Below, piece after piece: positions 24,351-36,684 of a DNA stretch of 64,000 nt; the stretch's first letter is position 1; each line of letters opens with the position of its first letter. Under the pieces are notes generated by a model. It did not search any database. It was not told the origin of the DNA and saw only the letters and a list, made by a program, of their open reading frames with translations. The DNA is from Takakia lepidozioides. Taxonomy: Eukaryota > Plantae > Bryophyta. A program made the translations under genes and the position numbers. The DNA lies in NCBI GenBank assembly GCA_030704615.1, contig CM060734.1, positions 3,348,001 through 3,412,000 of the forward strand, given 5' to 3'.

Positions 24351-24359
24351 AATCTCTCA

Positions 24360-27300
24360 TTCGGGGCCGTTCCGATGCAGTTGGGGAGGGGGGAGAGGCC
24401 GGCACCTGGCCATCACATTTCAACCCGCGGACGGAAATTCGGCACCGAATATCCAACAGGGGACGCCCGGACGAAGTCGCCTCGAGCGGAGAGGCCGGCA
24501 CCTGTCCGACAGAGACCATCCCCCGGATGGAAATTCGGCGGCGAATTTCCATCCGGGCCCCCTCAAAGGAAATCCGGTCGGGTGGTGAGGCCCAAAACTG
24601 GAGGATATAAAAACCTCCCAGGATGAAAAAACGGCGCCGAATTTCCGTGCAGGGCGGTTCGGATGCAGTCGGGGAGGGGGGAGAGGCCGGCACCTGGCCG
24701 TCACATTTCTACCCCCGGACAGAAATTCAGCACCGAATATCCAACAGGGAACGCCCGGACGAAGTCGCCTCGGGCGTAGAGGCCGGCACCTGTCCGACAG
24801 AGACCATCCCCCGGATGGAAATTCGGCGGTGAATTTCCATCCGGGCCCCCTCAAAGGAAGTCCGGTCGGGTGGTGAGGCACAAAACTGGACGATATAAAA
24901 ACCTCCCAGGATGGAAAAACGGCGCCAAATTTCCGTCCGAGGCCGTTCGGATTTCCCTCTAGCAGTCAAGGATTCCATGAAAAACGTGTCTAAAAGTGGA
25001 CTTCAGCCACAAAACTAACAGTTTAGTTTGTTTTTCTCCGAAAAACCAAGCGGTCACGTTCAGAATTACCTGCAGGAAGGTAATTCGGCGATTCGACTTA
25101 CCAAGCGAATGGAAATTCGGCGCCGAATTTCCATCGACCAGCGATCCGAGTTACCTGCTAGATGGAAATTCGGCGACGGATTTCCATCCATCCGGGCTTC
25201 GAATTACCTGCAGGATGGAAATTCGGCGCCGAATTTCCATCCATCCGCTCTCCGACCAACTTGGCGGATGGAAATCCGGCGCCGGATTTCCATCCATCCG
25301 CTCTGAATTACCTGCGTGGCGGAAATTTCGCGCGCCGCCCTACCTGGCAGGATGGAAATCTGGCGCCGAATTTCCATCCATCCGCAATCCGACCAACCTG
25401 GCGGATGGAAATCCGGCGCCGGATTTCCATCCATCCGGCTCCGAATTACCTGCGTGGCAGACATTTCGCGCGCCGCCCTACCTGGCAGGATGGAAATCCA
25501 GCGCCGGATTTCCATCCATCCGGCTCCGAACTACCTACGAGACGGAAATTTCGCGCGCCGCCCTACCTGGCAGGATGGAAATCCGGCGCCGAATTTCCAT
25601 CCATCTGCACTCCGACCAACCTGGCGGATGGAAATCCGGCGCCGGATTTCCATCCATCCGGCTCCGAATTACCTACGTGGCGGAAATTTCGTGCGCCGCC
25701 CTACCTGGCAGGATGGAAATCCGGCGCCGGATTTCCATCCATCCGGCTCCGAATTACCTGCGAGACGGAAATTTTGCGCGACGCCCTACCTGGCAGGATG
25801 GAAATTCGGCGCTAAATTTCCATCCTGCTGCTCTCCGAATTACCTGCATGAACTGGAAATTTGGCGCCATTTTTCCAGTTCTAGGCCCTATTGCCGTTCT
25901 AGGACTTAGCCATCTTCGGGCCAAACCGGGAAAAATGGCGCCGAATTTCCAGTTCAGGGCTCCCAAGATGGCTAAGTCCCTAGGGTGGCAGTCACCGAAA
26001 ACCGAAATTCGGCCTCATTTTTCCATTTCTAGGCCCACTCAGATCCGCCCCAACCTGGGAAAATGGTGCCGAATTTGCAGTTCAGGGACCTCATTGTGTT
26101 TTTCATGAATGCAGGTACTGCAAGTTCTCCCTTTTGGAGAAAGGTCATCTGTCTTTCGAGCCACCATTCTTCCTGGCATGGAGGAACCCTGGGGATGACT
26201 CCATGTACACTGACGATATTGTAAAGGAGTGGCATTTGGAACATTTGCGTGATTGCCCTTGGTATGTGGACCTTCCGCCCGGCTCGCTCGACCCATCCGA
26301 GTTTCAATTGAAGCTGGATGCTGAGGCCCGACGAAACCGGGCTCTGCTGCCTCCGCTGGGTGCAAAAGAGGCAAAAGCGCTTGCGAACTCCAAGAAAGCG
26401 GCAAAGCTTGCTTAGGCAGGAATTAAGGAGAAATTGAATGAGAAGAGTAAAGGCCAAAGGAAAAGGACAAGGAAACAGGTGAGTGCAGTAACACCCAAAA
26501 AACAGAAAACCATCGGGGCATCGGAGGAGGCGCAGGAGGGGACCCAAGAGAGTGACTCGGACGACGACTTTGTTCAAGGTCCTACGACTGCTGTTGCTGC
26601 TACCTAGTCACCGGTCGTCCGGGTTCCCAAGTCAGTTCGGAGTGGGACTGGCTTTGCCAAGAAGTTGGCATTTGAGGGCGAGCCTACACGGCGGTATTTG
26701 GCGGTGACGTTTACGCACAGGCCAAAGCTAGAACCTCCAACCATCATCCAATGCGTCAATGAGAGCTTCCTTGACGCTCTCGCTGCCAGGGCGAAGAAGG
26801 TGGTACACAGCAAGTCTCTGGCGGAGTAGAAGGGGAAAGCCAAGAAGAGGGCTGCCGGTACAGAGCCTAAAGACACCCCTGGTTTTGAAGCCATGATGGA
26901 ATTCTTCACGGCTGTGAGCATGGATTGCAAGAGCACTCAGGGGGGGGGGGGGGGTTGAGGTGGAGAGAGCTTGCGACATGATTCTCCTCGACATTCCAGA
27001 TGGGGAGCTGCTGGAGGGCCTGGATGGTGTGCCCACCTGGAACAGGTTTACTGAGGACTACTGGAAAGCCGGGTTTGGGCTGGTGGGGATGCTTCTAGAT
27101 GACGGTGGATGTGTGGTTGTCCTTGCCACAAGAGGGAAGACCACAGAGAATGCGGTGGCAAGGTGGACACCGAAAAGTGTCATCTCGGTCCTCCTCAGAA
27201 AATGGTTCTGCATCAATACACAGGGGTTGCGAACAGAGGGCCAAAGTGTAAGTTATCAATCTATTGCATTCACCTCATATTGTGGTGTATCTAAACAAGA

Positions 27301-28685
27301 TCCCGGAGTTGATCCCTCTTTTGTTGGATGTGCAGACATTGGTGTTTGAGGCATATTGCTTTGTGAAGAGAGGGTCTACGTTCAAATTCCGCAACGACGG
27401 TCGTCTTGTTGATGCCGTTGTGGACCCTGTTACCTACTATGTCCTCTACAACTATGTGCCCCACTCCAGTATGCCGAAGGACACAAAGACAGGCAAACCG
27501 TGGCGGTACAGCCGGACCCGGAGCCCTGCTTTCATCCAAACCCTCATGGAGACGTGCTCGGATGTCCAAGGGCAGATTCTGGACCTCACATGCGGCACGG
27601 GTAAGCCTTCACGTGCTCAGTTTGTCCCCTAGCCCGATTGCAATTGCATGCCGCAAGCTATTAACCGCCCGCTTTGTTCCTCAAGTGCTTCAATGTGGGC
27701 AGGGACGTTGTCCGACAGACATGTGTTCGCCTTCGAGCTAGATACTGCCCTCCACAACTCGGAACTTGCAGCGGCTGAACGTCTGCCGAAAGAGGAAGAG
27801 GCATCCTCGGAGGATGAGGAAAAATCCAAGAAGGAGCAGGGGGAGGAACAAGTTGGGATCGAGGCCGAGGAGCCCCCGGTGTACGAGTGAGTGGTCGCAT
27901 TGTAAGTTGCCTCCAGATTTCGTGAGGCACCTCCTTTCGCTCTCTTATTTCATTGAAAACCCTTTCTGCTTCTGCTGGTATTGACATTCTTGAAGTGGAT
28001 TTGTTCTTACTGTAGGATGCCAAATACGGCAGGAGGGACGTCTACACCGGAGTTCATGGGCAAGAGGAACGTGCCTTTTTTTGCCAGGGGGGATTTCATG
28101 CCTAGTCCAGAAAGGGACTACATCCTTCCTAACTTATGCTGCCCGGCTTGCTTTGGTGTCCATTAGGAGGTGTTCCGAACCTAGTCGTGTACATCAGATT
28201 TTAGACGAGGTAAGCCTCAAGAAAATGAAGATGAGGGAGGAGGCATCAGCTATTAGAGCCTGTCGGGCTCGTAGATTTGTCTTGGATTCTGCTGAGGAAG
28301 TGGGGGAGAAGAGGCAGAAGATTCCCATGAGGTGAGGTGGACAGTCCCCCAAGGAGAGGACGACATTTTTGAGAGGCATACTGCAACCGATGCATCACAG
28401 AGCTCGGAGGATGGTGGGGATGAGGGGGATGAGGAAGAAGGAGGGCCAAGTTCCTCGGAAGGTGTAGGAGAGTAGTTCCCGTTCCTGCTATGACAGTTAG
28501 GACACACTTGTATAGACGTGGCTTGCCACCAAATTTGCAATAAAATGTTGCATTTCATTGCTATGACGAGTCCACATGACCATATTTCCGTGCCTCCTAA
28601 CCCTATTTCCGTGGACAGACAATGGCCCGCTCATGCTTTTTTTTTCCCCGCTCATGCTCATGCCGCTCATGAAATAGCAGCCCCC
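24360..28685 (+). mobile_element. MULE family B, internally deleted copy (palindrome arrays, MTase half of the cargo gene, right TIR)
   Basis: GGATGGAAAT(T/C)CGGCGCCG(A/G)ATTTCCATCC array over 24430-26080; exons homologous to family A cargo; terminus ctcatgaaatagcagccccc at 28685. Confidence 0.8.
26116..28475 (+). pseudogene. 3' exons of the family B ParB-MTase cargo gene (beta-class amino-methyltransferase fold)
   Basis: HLEHLRDCPWYVDLP matches family A HAEHLVDCPWYVNLP. Further motifs: CDMILLDIPDG, KPWRYSRTRSPAFIQTLMETCSDVQGQILDLTCGTG and ASMWAGTLSDRHVFAFELD. Introns at ~27248-27335 and 27601-27684; several stops. Confidence 0.75.
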
Positions 28686-29868
28686 GACTGCCGTTAAGCG
28701 TATCTTTTGATACCTCAAAGGCACTCTACTTCTATATCTCCAATACACTCATGTTCTTCAGCCTCGCCCTCTATATGGGTTTTCTGATGCTGATTGGGGT
28801 GGCAGTCTTGATTCTAGGCATTCCACCTCCGGATACACTTTTATTCTTTATGCTGGTGTTATTACATGGGCCAGTCGCAAGCAACGGGCCATTGCCTTGT
28901 CTAGCACAGAGGCCGAGTACATGGCCTTGACTAAAGCTAGCACTGAAGCTATTTGGCTCTGTCATCTACTCCAAGACCTTGGCTTTCTTAATGCCACTGA
29001 TCCCAGATATTATCTAACTCATGGACAATGCCCATCTAGTTATGGGAAGGAACAGAGGAAGAGGATAGCTATTAAAGCCCTACCATATACTATGATAGGA
29101 GGAAAATTGTACAAGCTGGGACCAGATGGAGTCCTAAAGAGATGCTTGTACCATCATGAAATTAATAAAGTTTTGGAAGAAATTCACAAAGGGATAGCTG
29201 GAGGACATTATGGAGAAGAGACTACTAGCAGGAAAATACTACTTGCAGGATATTGGTGGCCTACCTTATTCAAAGATGTACATAATTACTGTAAGAGCTG
29301 TGATGAATGTCAAAGGCTGGGACCTTTGCTGAGATCTGGAAAGATGGCACTGCATCCTACAATGCCTACTGAACCATTTCAGAAATGGGGATTAGACTTT
29401 GTTGGACCAATTAATCCACCAGCCAGGAACACCCAAAACAAGTATATAATCACAGCCACGGATTATACTACTAAGTGGGTAGAAGCCAAGCACTGCGAGA
29501 TAACACAGCAAAATCTACAGTTAGATTTCTTTATGAGAACATAATCACGAGATTTGGCTGTCCCTTGGAATTTATCAGTGACCAGGGAAGTCATTTCATT
29601 AATGAGACCATTGACTATCTTTTGTGATAATCAGAGTGCTATTGCTTTGATTGACACTACCAAGTTCCACAACAAGACCAAGCACATCGACATACAATTC
29701 CACTACATTCGCGAACACGTTCTCGACAAACATGTCCTTGTTGTTTACTGCCCTACTGAGGACATGGTGGCCGACATCCTCACAAAGCCTCTTGGCTTTG
29801 TTAAACACTCCTATCTTCTTAAGAAGTTAGGGTTGTTTGGAGGAGAAGCTGAGGATGATGCTTCCTAA
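28686..29868 (+). mobile_element. Ty1/Copia RT-RNase H 3' fragment, interrupted by a Gypsy integrase fragment
   Basis: [67 protein letters not shown]. Confidence 0.9.
29003..29607 (+). mobile_element. Ty3/Gypsy integrase fragment (H2C2 zinc finger and start of the rve core)
   Basis: [63 protein letters not shown]. Confidence 0.9.
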
Positions 29869-29990
29869 GTGGGAGTGTTAGACCTGATTTAGATTAGGAA
29901 GCACTTCATCCCTATAGTTGTGACAGTTCATATCTGAATAGATGTGACTCTTCCTTATGAAGAGTCATCTTCCTTAGGATAGAACCTAAG
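29868..29990 (+). mobile_element. Copia polypurine tract and start of the 3' LTR (TGTTAGA at 29876); LTR end not defined
   Basis: A purine-rich agtgggag directly precedes TGTTAG just after the RNase H stop. Confidence 0.55.
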
Positions 29991-30533
29991 AAGAAAACAT
30001 TATTAAGAAGTTACTTTGTAATATACAGAAAGATTCTCTCTGCAGGGCTGAGTCCCATAGAGTGTGTGTTAGATGGGTAGCCTTGTCATCAGTAGATGGT
30101 CGAGCGAAGATGGAGGGGAGGATTGAAGCTAGGCAGGGTTCATAATTAGTATCCTGTAATAGAGAGAATGGGATATTGAAGTGAATACGTGGGTGTGAAA
30201 GGAGAGAAGCAGAGGAGCCCCTCACGGGAGAAGAGATGGAAGGAAATGAATGCAAAGGAAAGGCAAGAGTCATCAGAATCTGGGTACCTCGTGATGTAGA
30301 AAGAACTAACCCTATGAGTGGAATCTCCCAGTGAAGACAGTGAAATGAAAGAAGGAATTTACAACGTCCTCAGGGAGCTCAAAGACCTTATGGGACAAAA
30401 GAGAACAGGATACAAAAAAGTGGGGCCCTCAACAAGCTGCCCAAAAACTATCAACACCAAGAGATTCTCCAAGCTGGAAGAAATAAACGTATTAGTCCAT
30501 TGGATGGGTAGGTAGGACCCAGATGCTCCATTA

Positions 30534-31166
30534 TTGGAGCCCGCACTGCTCTTCCGCTTCTCATCATTTCAAAAATCAAAGGGCTTCATTGTTGTCCGCA
30601 AGGTCATTGTCATCGGCATCAGAGACGTCCTCAGGACCTCCTTTGCAAGGATGTCGTGCTTCCGGAACCGGGACGACTGCCCTTATGGAGGCTTCGATTA
30701 TGCAATGTATTCGGCCACATTGGGAGACACCGTTATTTGGCACACAGTTTACACAGAAGATAGTGGGGCAAATGTGGAAACATTGTCAGCTTTTGAGTAT
30801 ATCCCAGGCCACTACGCCTTCGAGCGGGGTGACGATCTTGGTCTGAGGAGTCCGTGGCTCCTGTGCATCCTTAATTCCGATTTTCCCAGCTACGACGGGC
30901 ACCCATGCAGAAGAATGCGCACTGCTATGTTGTTGCGGTGGAACTGCTGCCAGTGGACGTGGGTGGACTCCATCGGAGAGACGTATACTCCTGAAGGAGT
31001 GCGCTCCTCTTCTCCATTGTATGGGGACATTTGCATTGGTGTGGACGACAAAAACGTGAAGCTTTCCATATTCGATGGTGGTATGATTGAAGGACACGAC
31101 ATTGTGGTGAACATCAACAGGGGCGGTACAACGGCTGCAATCCAGTTTACTGGAGGAGCCCGATGA
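30534..31166 (+). CDS. 210-aa ORF of unknown function just inside a family B-type terminus
   Basis: Uninterrupted ORF with no recognised motif; coding strand uncertain. Confidence 0.25.
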   Translation: MEPALLFRFSSFQKSKGFIVVRKVIVIGIRDVLRTSFARMSCFRNRDDCPYGGFDYAMYSATLGDTVIWHTVYTEDSGANVETLSAFEYIPGHYAFERGDDLGLRSPWLLCILNSDFPSYDGHPCRRMRTAMLLRWNCCQWTWVDSIGETYTPEGVRSSSPLYGDICIGVDDKNVKLSIFDGGMIEGHDIVVNINRGGTTAAIQFTGGAR

Positions 31167-31539
31167 CTCATGAGCTAGTTTTCAAAGCAGTCGAAGTCCC
31201 ATTGACAACGTGACTTGTATTCAGAAGGCACAGGGCTATAGATTTGTTTGCACCATCAGCACAGTAGATGTGCTTCAAATGCAATTCATGTGGATCAATA
31301 AAAACCCCATTGTGCCCTCTTATTTGTTCTATTCTGTATCCATCGTTCCCAGAATGCATCATTCCTCATTTCATTTGGGATTGGGAGTGGGGGTGGATTT
31401 TGCAAGTGGCTGGTAGGCTGAAATTGGGCCCCATTGTACAGAGCAGTACCACCCTACCATTCGCGAAACATTGCCTTTCAATATGTAATTCTAAAAAACA
31501 TTGCCGAACCTCCTTCATCGGGAGGTCTTTCTCCCCCTA

Positions 31540-31676
31540 TGACCGTGACACCCTCAACCTATTCCCGCGGACACTCATTTCCGGAAAATAGTCCTGCTCA
31601 TGTTTTTTTCGACACTTACGACTCTGCTAATGGCTCATGCCGCTCATGGCTCATGGCTCATGAAATAGCAGCCCCC
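31540..31676 (+). mobile_element. Family B-type terminal repeat, variant form (possibly the transposase-side TIR)
   Basis: Ends gctcatgaaatagcagccccc like 28685 and 44345, but diverges internally. Confidence 0.7.
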
Positions 31677-32279
31677 TTAGAGCACAAGGATGGAGATTAC
31701 ATAGAGGAGATACGACGAGATGATGCTTAGCTGTAGAGACGCACTGTAGAGCAGATTAGAGACACCATGGCTCCGGCCTGATACATGATAGATATTAATA
31801 TGATTCCTACTTCATATTCACGCCGTGTAGAGAGATATGAGTGAAGCTGTGGAATGAATGCTTGAGTAGATGGAACATGGTAGATTGCAGAACCAATCTG
31901 ATACTTAATCATAGACAGTATGGTAACTTGCTAACATGAATACGAGAAGGAATACAAATAGGAAGCACCCCCATGATACACTAGTTGCAGGTCATGACTG
32001 ATTGTTCTGAGTACTTAGAGATTTCCAACTCATCTATCTTGGAGTTTCCACCTCGGATAGCTAAGGGATGGGTGAGTAAAAGCCGCTTGACAAACCAGAC
32101 TCTAATAGTAGCTACCTGTGCTTCACCCACAGACAGTTAGACAAACAACATTAGTCCACTATAAAGGGATTAGAAAACTGAAGTCAAAAGGACCATGCTT
32201 AGCAATGTTGTTAGGCCTACCTGACTATACGCATCTGTCATATGGGATGACGACTCGAGCTCCAACCATGCCAAAACTT

Positions 32280-32776
32280 TAGAATCCATTTAGCTTTTCA
32301 CCCATGACAGGCATATGCTACAATCATCGAGTTCCATGACACCCCATCATCTTGTTGGCCATGTTCTCAAACACCCCTTTGCATCCTCAATGCTCCCATG
32401 TTTAGCACACATTTTCATCAGTTCAAAATGACATGTGGAATGATTCAAACTTTGACGATGTCACCATGGAGCTCTTTTTCTTTTCCCACGTATGCCAAGC
32501 TTGCACATGCATTGCAAGAGAGAGACATAAGAACTGTTGAACTGCCTCCTTCCTTCCAAATGACATCTGGTACAATTCCAGCTTTGATGATGTCACCATA
32601 GACCTATTGCCATTTTGCAGGGCTGCCAGGCTTGTACACACATTTGCACAAATGCAAATGAATGTGACGTGGTTGGGCTTTGCCCCTTCCTGCAACATTT
32701 GCTCATAGATCCAACCCCCACGCCGCCCATATCCTGCAATCATGGCATTCCCAGCTATTGATCCACAGGGAATCAT
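32280..32776 (-). pseudogene. Degenerate pentatricopeptide repeat (PLS-class-like PPR) gene fragment
   Basis: NAMIAGY..YEQMLQEGAKPNHVTFICI..CTSLAALQNG, and downstream HGSIEDAKGVFENM..SWNSMIVAYACHG in other frames. Confidence 0.75.
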
Positions 32777-32934
32777 AGGTAATCTTGTGCAAGGTAAATC
32801 TGGCCCTCTTGGATGAATCTGGATCCATGCTTTATCCCCGCTCCTTCAACTATCCATGGCTATGCACAAATCATGCATTCATTGTTGCCTTCCTGTAGCA
32901 GCTGACAATGACAGCCTACATTTGTTCTAGGAAA

Positions 32935-34689
32935 CACCCAACTCAACTTATCACACTCATTCCTATCAAAGTTGGGATTAAGCATGACAGGTGAATCTCC
33001 GCTGACTATACGATTAGCCGACGAGCGGAAGATCAGGCCCGTGGGCCACATTGCGAATGTCAAAATGAAGACTGGAGGGTACAAGGATGCGGTGGACTTC
33101 CAGATCATCGACTTTCCCATTGACGAGTACTCTTACGCCCTCCTACTAGGAAGGCCATGGTTGGTCCAGTCCCGAGCACGTACGGGCTGGGGGGCAGGCA
33201 CTATCACCTATGGGGTAAGGCCTTACACCACTATTGTTGCATTTATGACTGGAGCACCTCTCAACGAGACGGATGAGGATGAGCTCAGTGTGATCGGCTC
33301 GGAGGAAGAGTCTGCAGACTTGAGTGAAGAAGATTTTTGTGGTCGGATGATGAGTTTCTTTCGAAGCCACAGGCTCATCGAGTACTGGCAACAGTTCCCG
33401 CACCTCGCAGGGAGGTGAAGCGGAGGAAGGTAGGACTAGAGGATGTGGTTAAATCCTTAGGTCCGGGATTGTATGGATGCGAGTCCGATATGGACTGCAT
33501 CACTTGGTTGTTCGGGGGAAATCACGGCCAAGAAGTGATGGTGCACTCAATAGCGACTGAGGCACTTAACGAGTTCGAGTTGCTGACCAAACTCTTTTCC
33601 ATATCCGCCGAACAGGTTGGGCTGCAGGAACAGGAGGTTCCCCAGGAGGAAGACGGCGAGATCATGGAGATGAAGATCATCGAGGAAGCTGATCTAGAAC
33701 GGGATGTTAGGAAGCATAGCGGCCCTTTCATTCCCTATTTGCAGCAGGGTTCAAATGGATCTCGGTTCGAACCCGGAGCAACCTTTACATCGGAACCAAC
33801 AATGCAAGTGGTAGACATGGCGGTCGGCAGAGAATCGCCCAAGTTGGTGAAGGTTGGATCCCAGTTGACATCTGAACAGGCATTGGAATACCAGGCACTG
33901 TTTAGTGATTTTCGAGACATTTTTGCGTGGTCCTACACCGAGCTGAAGGGAGTGCCCTCATACGTTGCTATGCACTCTATTCCCCTGATTCCGGGAGCTA
34001 CACCACGACGTCAACGAGAGAGGGGGATGAACCCAAATTTGGCGTTGCTGATCAAAGCCGAGATCGAGAAGCTGTTAGCCGCGGAGTTCATTTTTTCAGT
34101 AGAAACATCAACCTGGGTCTCACCCATGGTGATTGTCCGCAAGAAGAACGGAGGCTTAAGGGTGTGCGTGGACTTCCGGCCTCTCAACAAGGTGACGCAT
34201 AAGGATCATTTTCCTTTGCCCTTCATCGATACGTTAGTGGAAGAAGTAGCAGGGAAGGAGCTCTACTCTTTCATGGATGGATTTTCGGGCTATAATCAGG
34301 TGTTGATCGATCCGAAAGATAAGTTAAAGACCACATTCACATCGCCATGGGGGACGTTTGCCTACACCAGAATGCCCTTTGGTTTGTGTAACGCGCCCCT
34401 GACTTTCCAGCGGGTTATGACATATGCTTTCTCGGACATCGTGAGGAAGAATTTGGTTATCTTCTTAGATTACTTCTGTTGCAATGGAGACACGAAGGAT
34501 CACATTGCAGCCCTACAAGAGTGTTTCCACAGGTGCAGAGACAACGGGATATCACTCAACCCAATGAAGTGCGTGTTTGCAGTCACACATGGACTGTTGT
34601 TGGGACACATTGTGTCCAAAGAAGGAGTGGCGACGGATCTTGCTAAGGTGAGCGCCATCGTCGAACTACATCGCTTAGAGAGAGGCTGA
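32935..34689 (+). mobile_element. Ty3/Gypsy pol fragment (protease C-terminus and RT), Tat/Athila-like, defective
   Basis: LLLGRPWL, DIFAWSY, WVSPMVIVRKKNGGLRVCVDFRPLN, DGFSGYNQV, MPFGLCNAP. The catalytic motif is mutated to FLDYF and the fragment is truncated before RNase H. Confidence 0.92.
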
Positions 34690-35147
34690 GATCAAGAGAG
34701 CAAATGACGAGGCGTCGCATGCAAGATGGTGCGGGGCTTAGCAGCATGTGAACGTGGAGACAGGTCAAGCAGAAGAGCATCTGGGAAGTGAGAGTGAGGT
34801 CGCCGCAGTCGTAGCGACGGCGGGAGCAGTGAGCGTAGGTAACCAGACAGTGCCAGCTGAGTTCATTCCCGAAGACAAGAGAACAAGGGGAGGAGCAGAG
34901 GACGCCATACAGGGAGGAAGTCTGCGAACCCTACATCAGACAGAAATGGTGATCACTCCATATCCACATACTGTTGTTTTCATTAGTCTGGATGCTTTCC
35001 CTTCCATCTGGGTGGAAAAGGGAAGAGGAAAGCAGAAGAGGGCAATCCAAGCAATGCAGCCACAAAGCCGAAGAAGGCAAAGGGATCCGTAAGTTGTCTC
35101 ACATGCACTTCTTCCTCTTTACTGATGGTCCCCAGAGGTGGGAAAAG

Positions 35148-36206
35148 CGATGATCGGTGGCAATCATCGCTTTATAGAATAATGTAGTTGGTGTTGTAGT
35201 TCAGTAGATTAAGGAAGGCAGACAGGCAGGCAAGTATACGTTTCACGAGGAAAGTGATGATCGGTGCCAACCATCACCTTCGCCATTGCTTTATGTAAGC
35301 CTAGAAGGCCAATTTCATGGTGATGCAAGAGTGTCAGGGAACTTAAGTCGCATCTTGCAATGACGTAAAAGCTATGATCGGTGGCGATCATCGCTTTCAG
35401 GTCCATTCCCTTCTTGTTCAGATCAGTTTGGCAATGGCGTGGTTCTTCAGGAAAGTGATGGTCGGTGCCGACCATCACATTCAGACCTCATGGGTTGTGC
35501 TTCCCAGGGCAGTCTGATTGTGATGATCGTTACTGATCATCACTTTTTGAACTGATTGGGCACTACACCAGAATCCAAAAGAGGAGACCAACCCTTTGCA
35601 AACTGTAAAGTTTTAGGATGTAAGAGGTCCAGGCAATTCATAGGAGGAAGAGCAGCGACACAAAAGCGATGATCGGTGGTGATCATCGCTTCCAGGACAA
35701 TTCCTTCGCTAAAAAGCTCAGTGAGTGAAAGAAGGGATTCTGAAAAAAAGTGATGATCAGTGCCGACCATCACATTCAGACCTCATGGATGTGTGCATCC
35801 CAGGGCTGTCTTGTTGTGATGATCGGTACCGATCATCGCTTGCATCATCCTTGTCATTCCGAATGTGGTGTGAAACTTTAGGGTGTGTCATTTTCAATGG
35901 CAAGTACTGATGATCGCCACCGATCATCACTATCAGTTGATTTTTTTAAAAGACAATGGGGTGTCTGAAGTCTTCTTCTGAACATGTAGAAAGTGACAAT
36001 CAGTACGGATCATCACTATTCATTGACTGTCATTTGTAATATGAGTTTGACAAACTTGTTGTGTGCATCATTGCCAATTGCGGATTGCGATGGTCGCCAC
36101 CGATCATCGCAGTCTAGTGAAAATTGAGTGAACGTGCATTGGGAAACCAAGTAAATTTTCCATTCATTTGTTAGAAGACAAAGTGATGGTCGGTACCGAT
36201 CATCAC
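35148..36206. repeat. About 12 copies of the palindrome GATGATCGGTACCGATCATC and variants
   Basis: Copies at ~35148, 35255, 35372, 35455, 35519, 35666, 35750, 35817 (perfect), 35907, 35995, 36087 and 36183. Confidence 0.8.
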
Positions 36207-36684
36207 TGTTTAAAAATGTCTGTTTCCTGAACACCAGTTGAATGTTTCTCTTGTGGGTTTTGGGAATGCAGAAAAATGTAAAGTCTAAGCAGGGAGAAAG
36301 AGAAACAAAGGGCTCTGGAGAAGGGGACGACTCCACGAAGAGTTCTGAGAACAGCGAAGACACAGACGAGCCTGAATTGCACTACCTTGACAAGGTGAAA
36401 GAACTTATGTCATATCAGAAGGTAAAAATTCCTAGGAGGTTATTCGGGACATGATCGTCTTTGGAGGACGTCTTGAAATCCTCTCTGCCGGATGATCTCA
36501 ATGCCTGTTGTTCGTCCTCCACTTTCGCATGACATTACCAAGTTGGAAACAGATTTCGTGCACGGGTACAGAATGGGTGCACAAGTTTTCTACGTCTCAC
36601 TGAAGGATACAAATGGTAACAGCACAAAAGTGAGCCCAGAGGAAGCGGAGGGAAGTTAAGTTTGAGGCAGACACGGAGGTTTGG

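Noticed and set aside
24261-26108. Long ORFs with MEIRRRISIH / WKFGAEFPS repeats (also 40910-44182)
   Set aside because: They are translations of stop-poor palindromic tandem repeats that are open in several frames on both strands.
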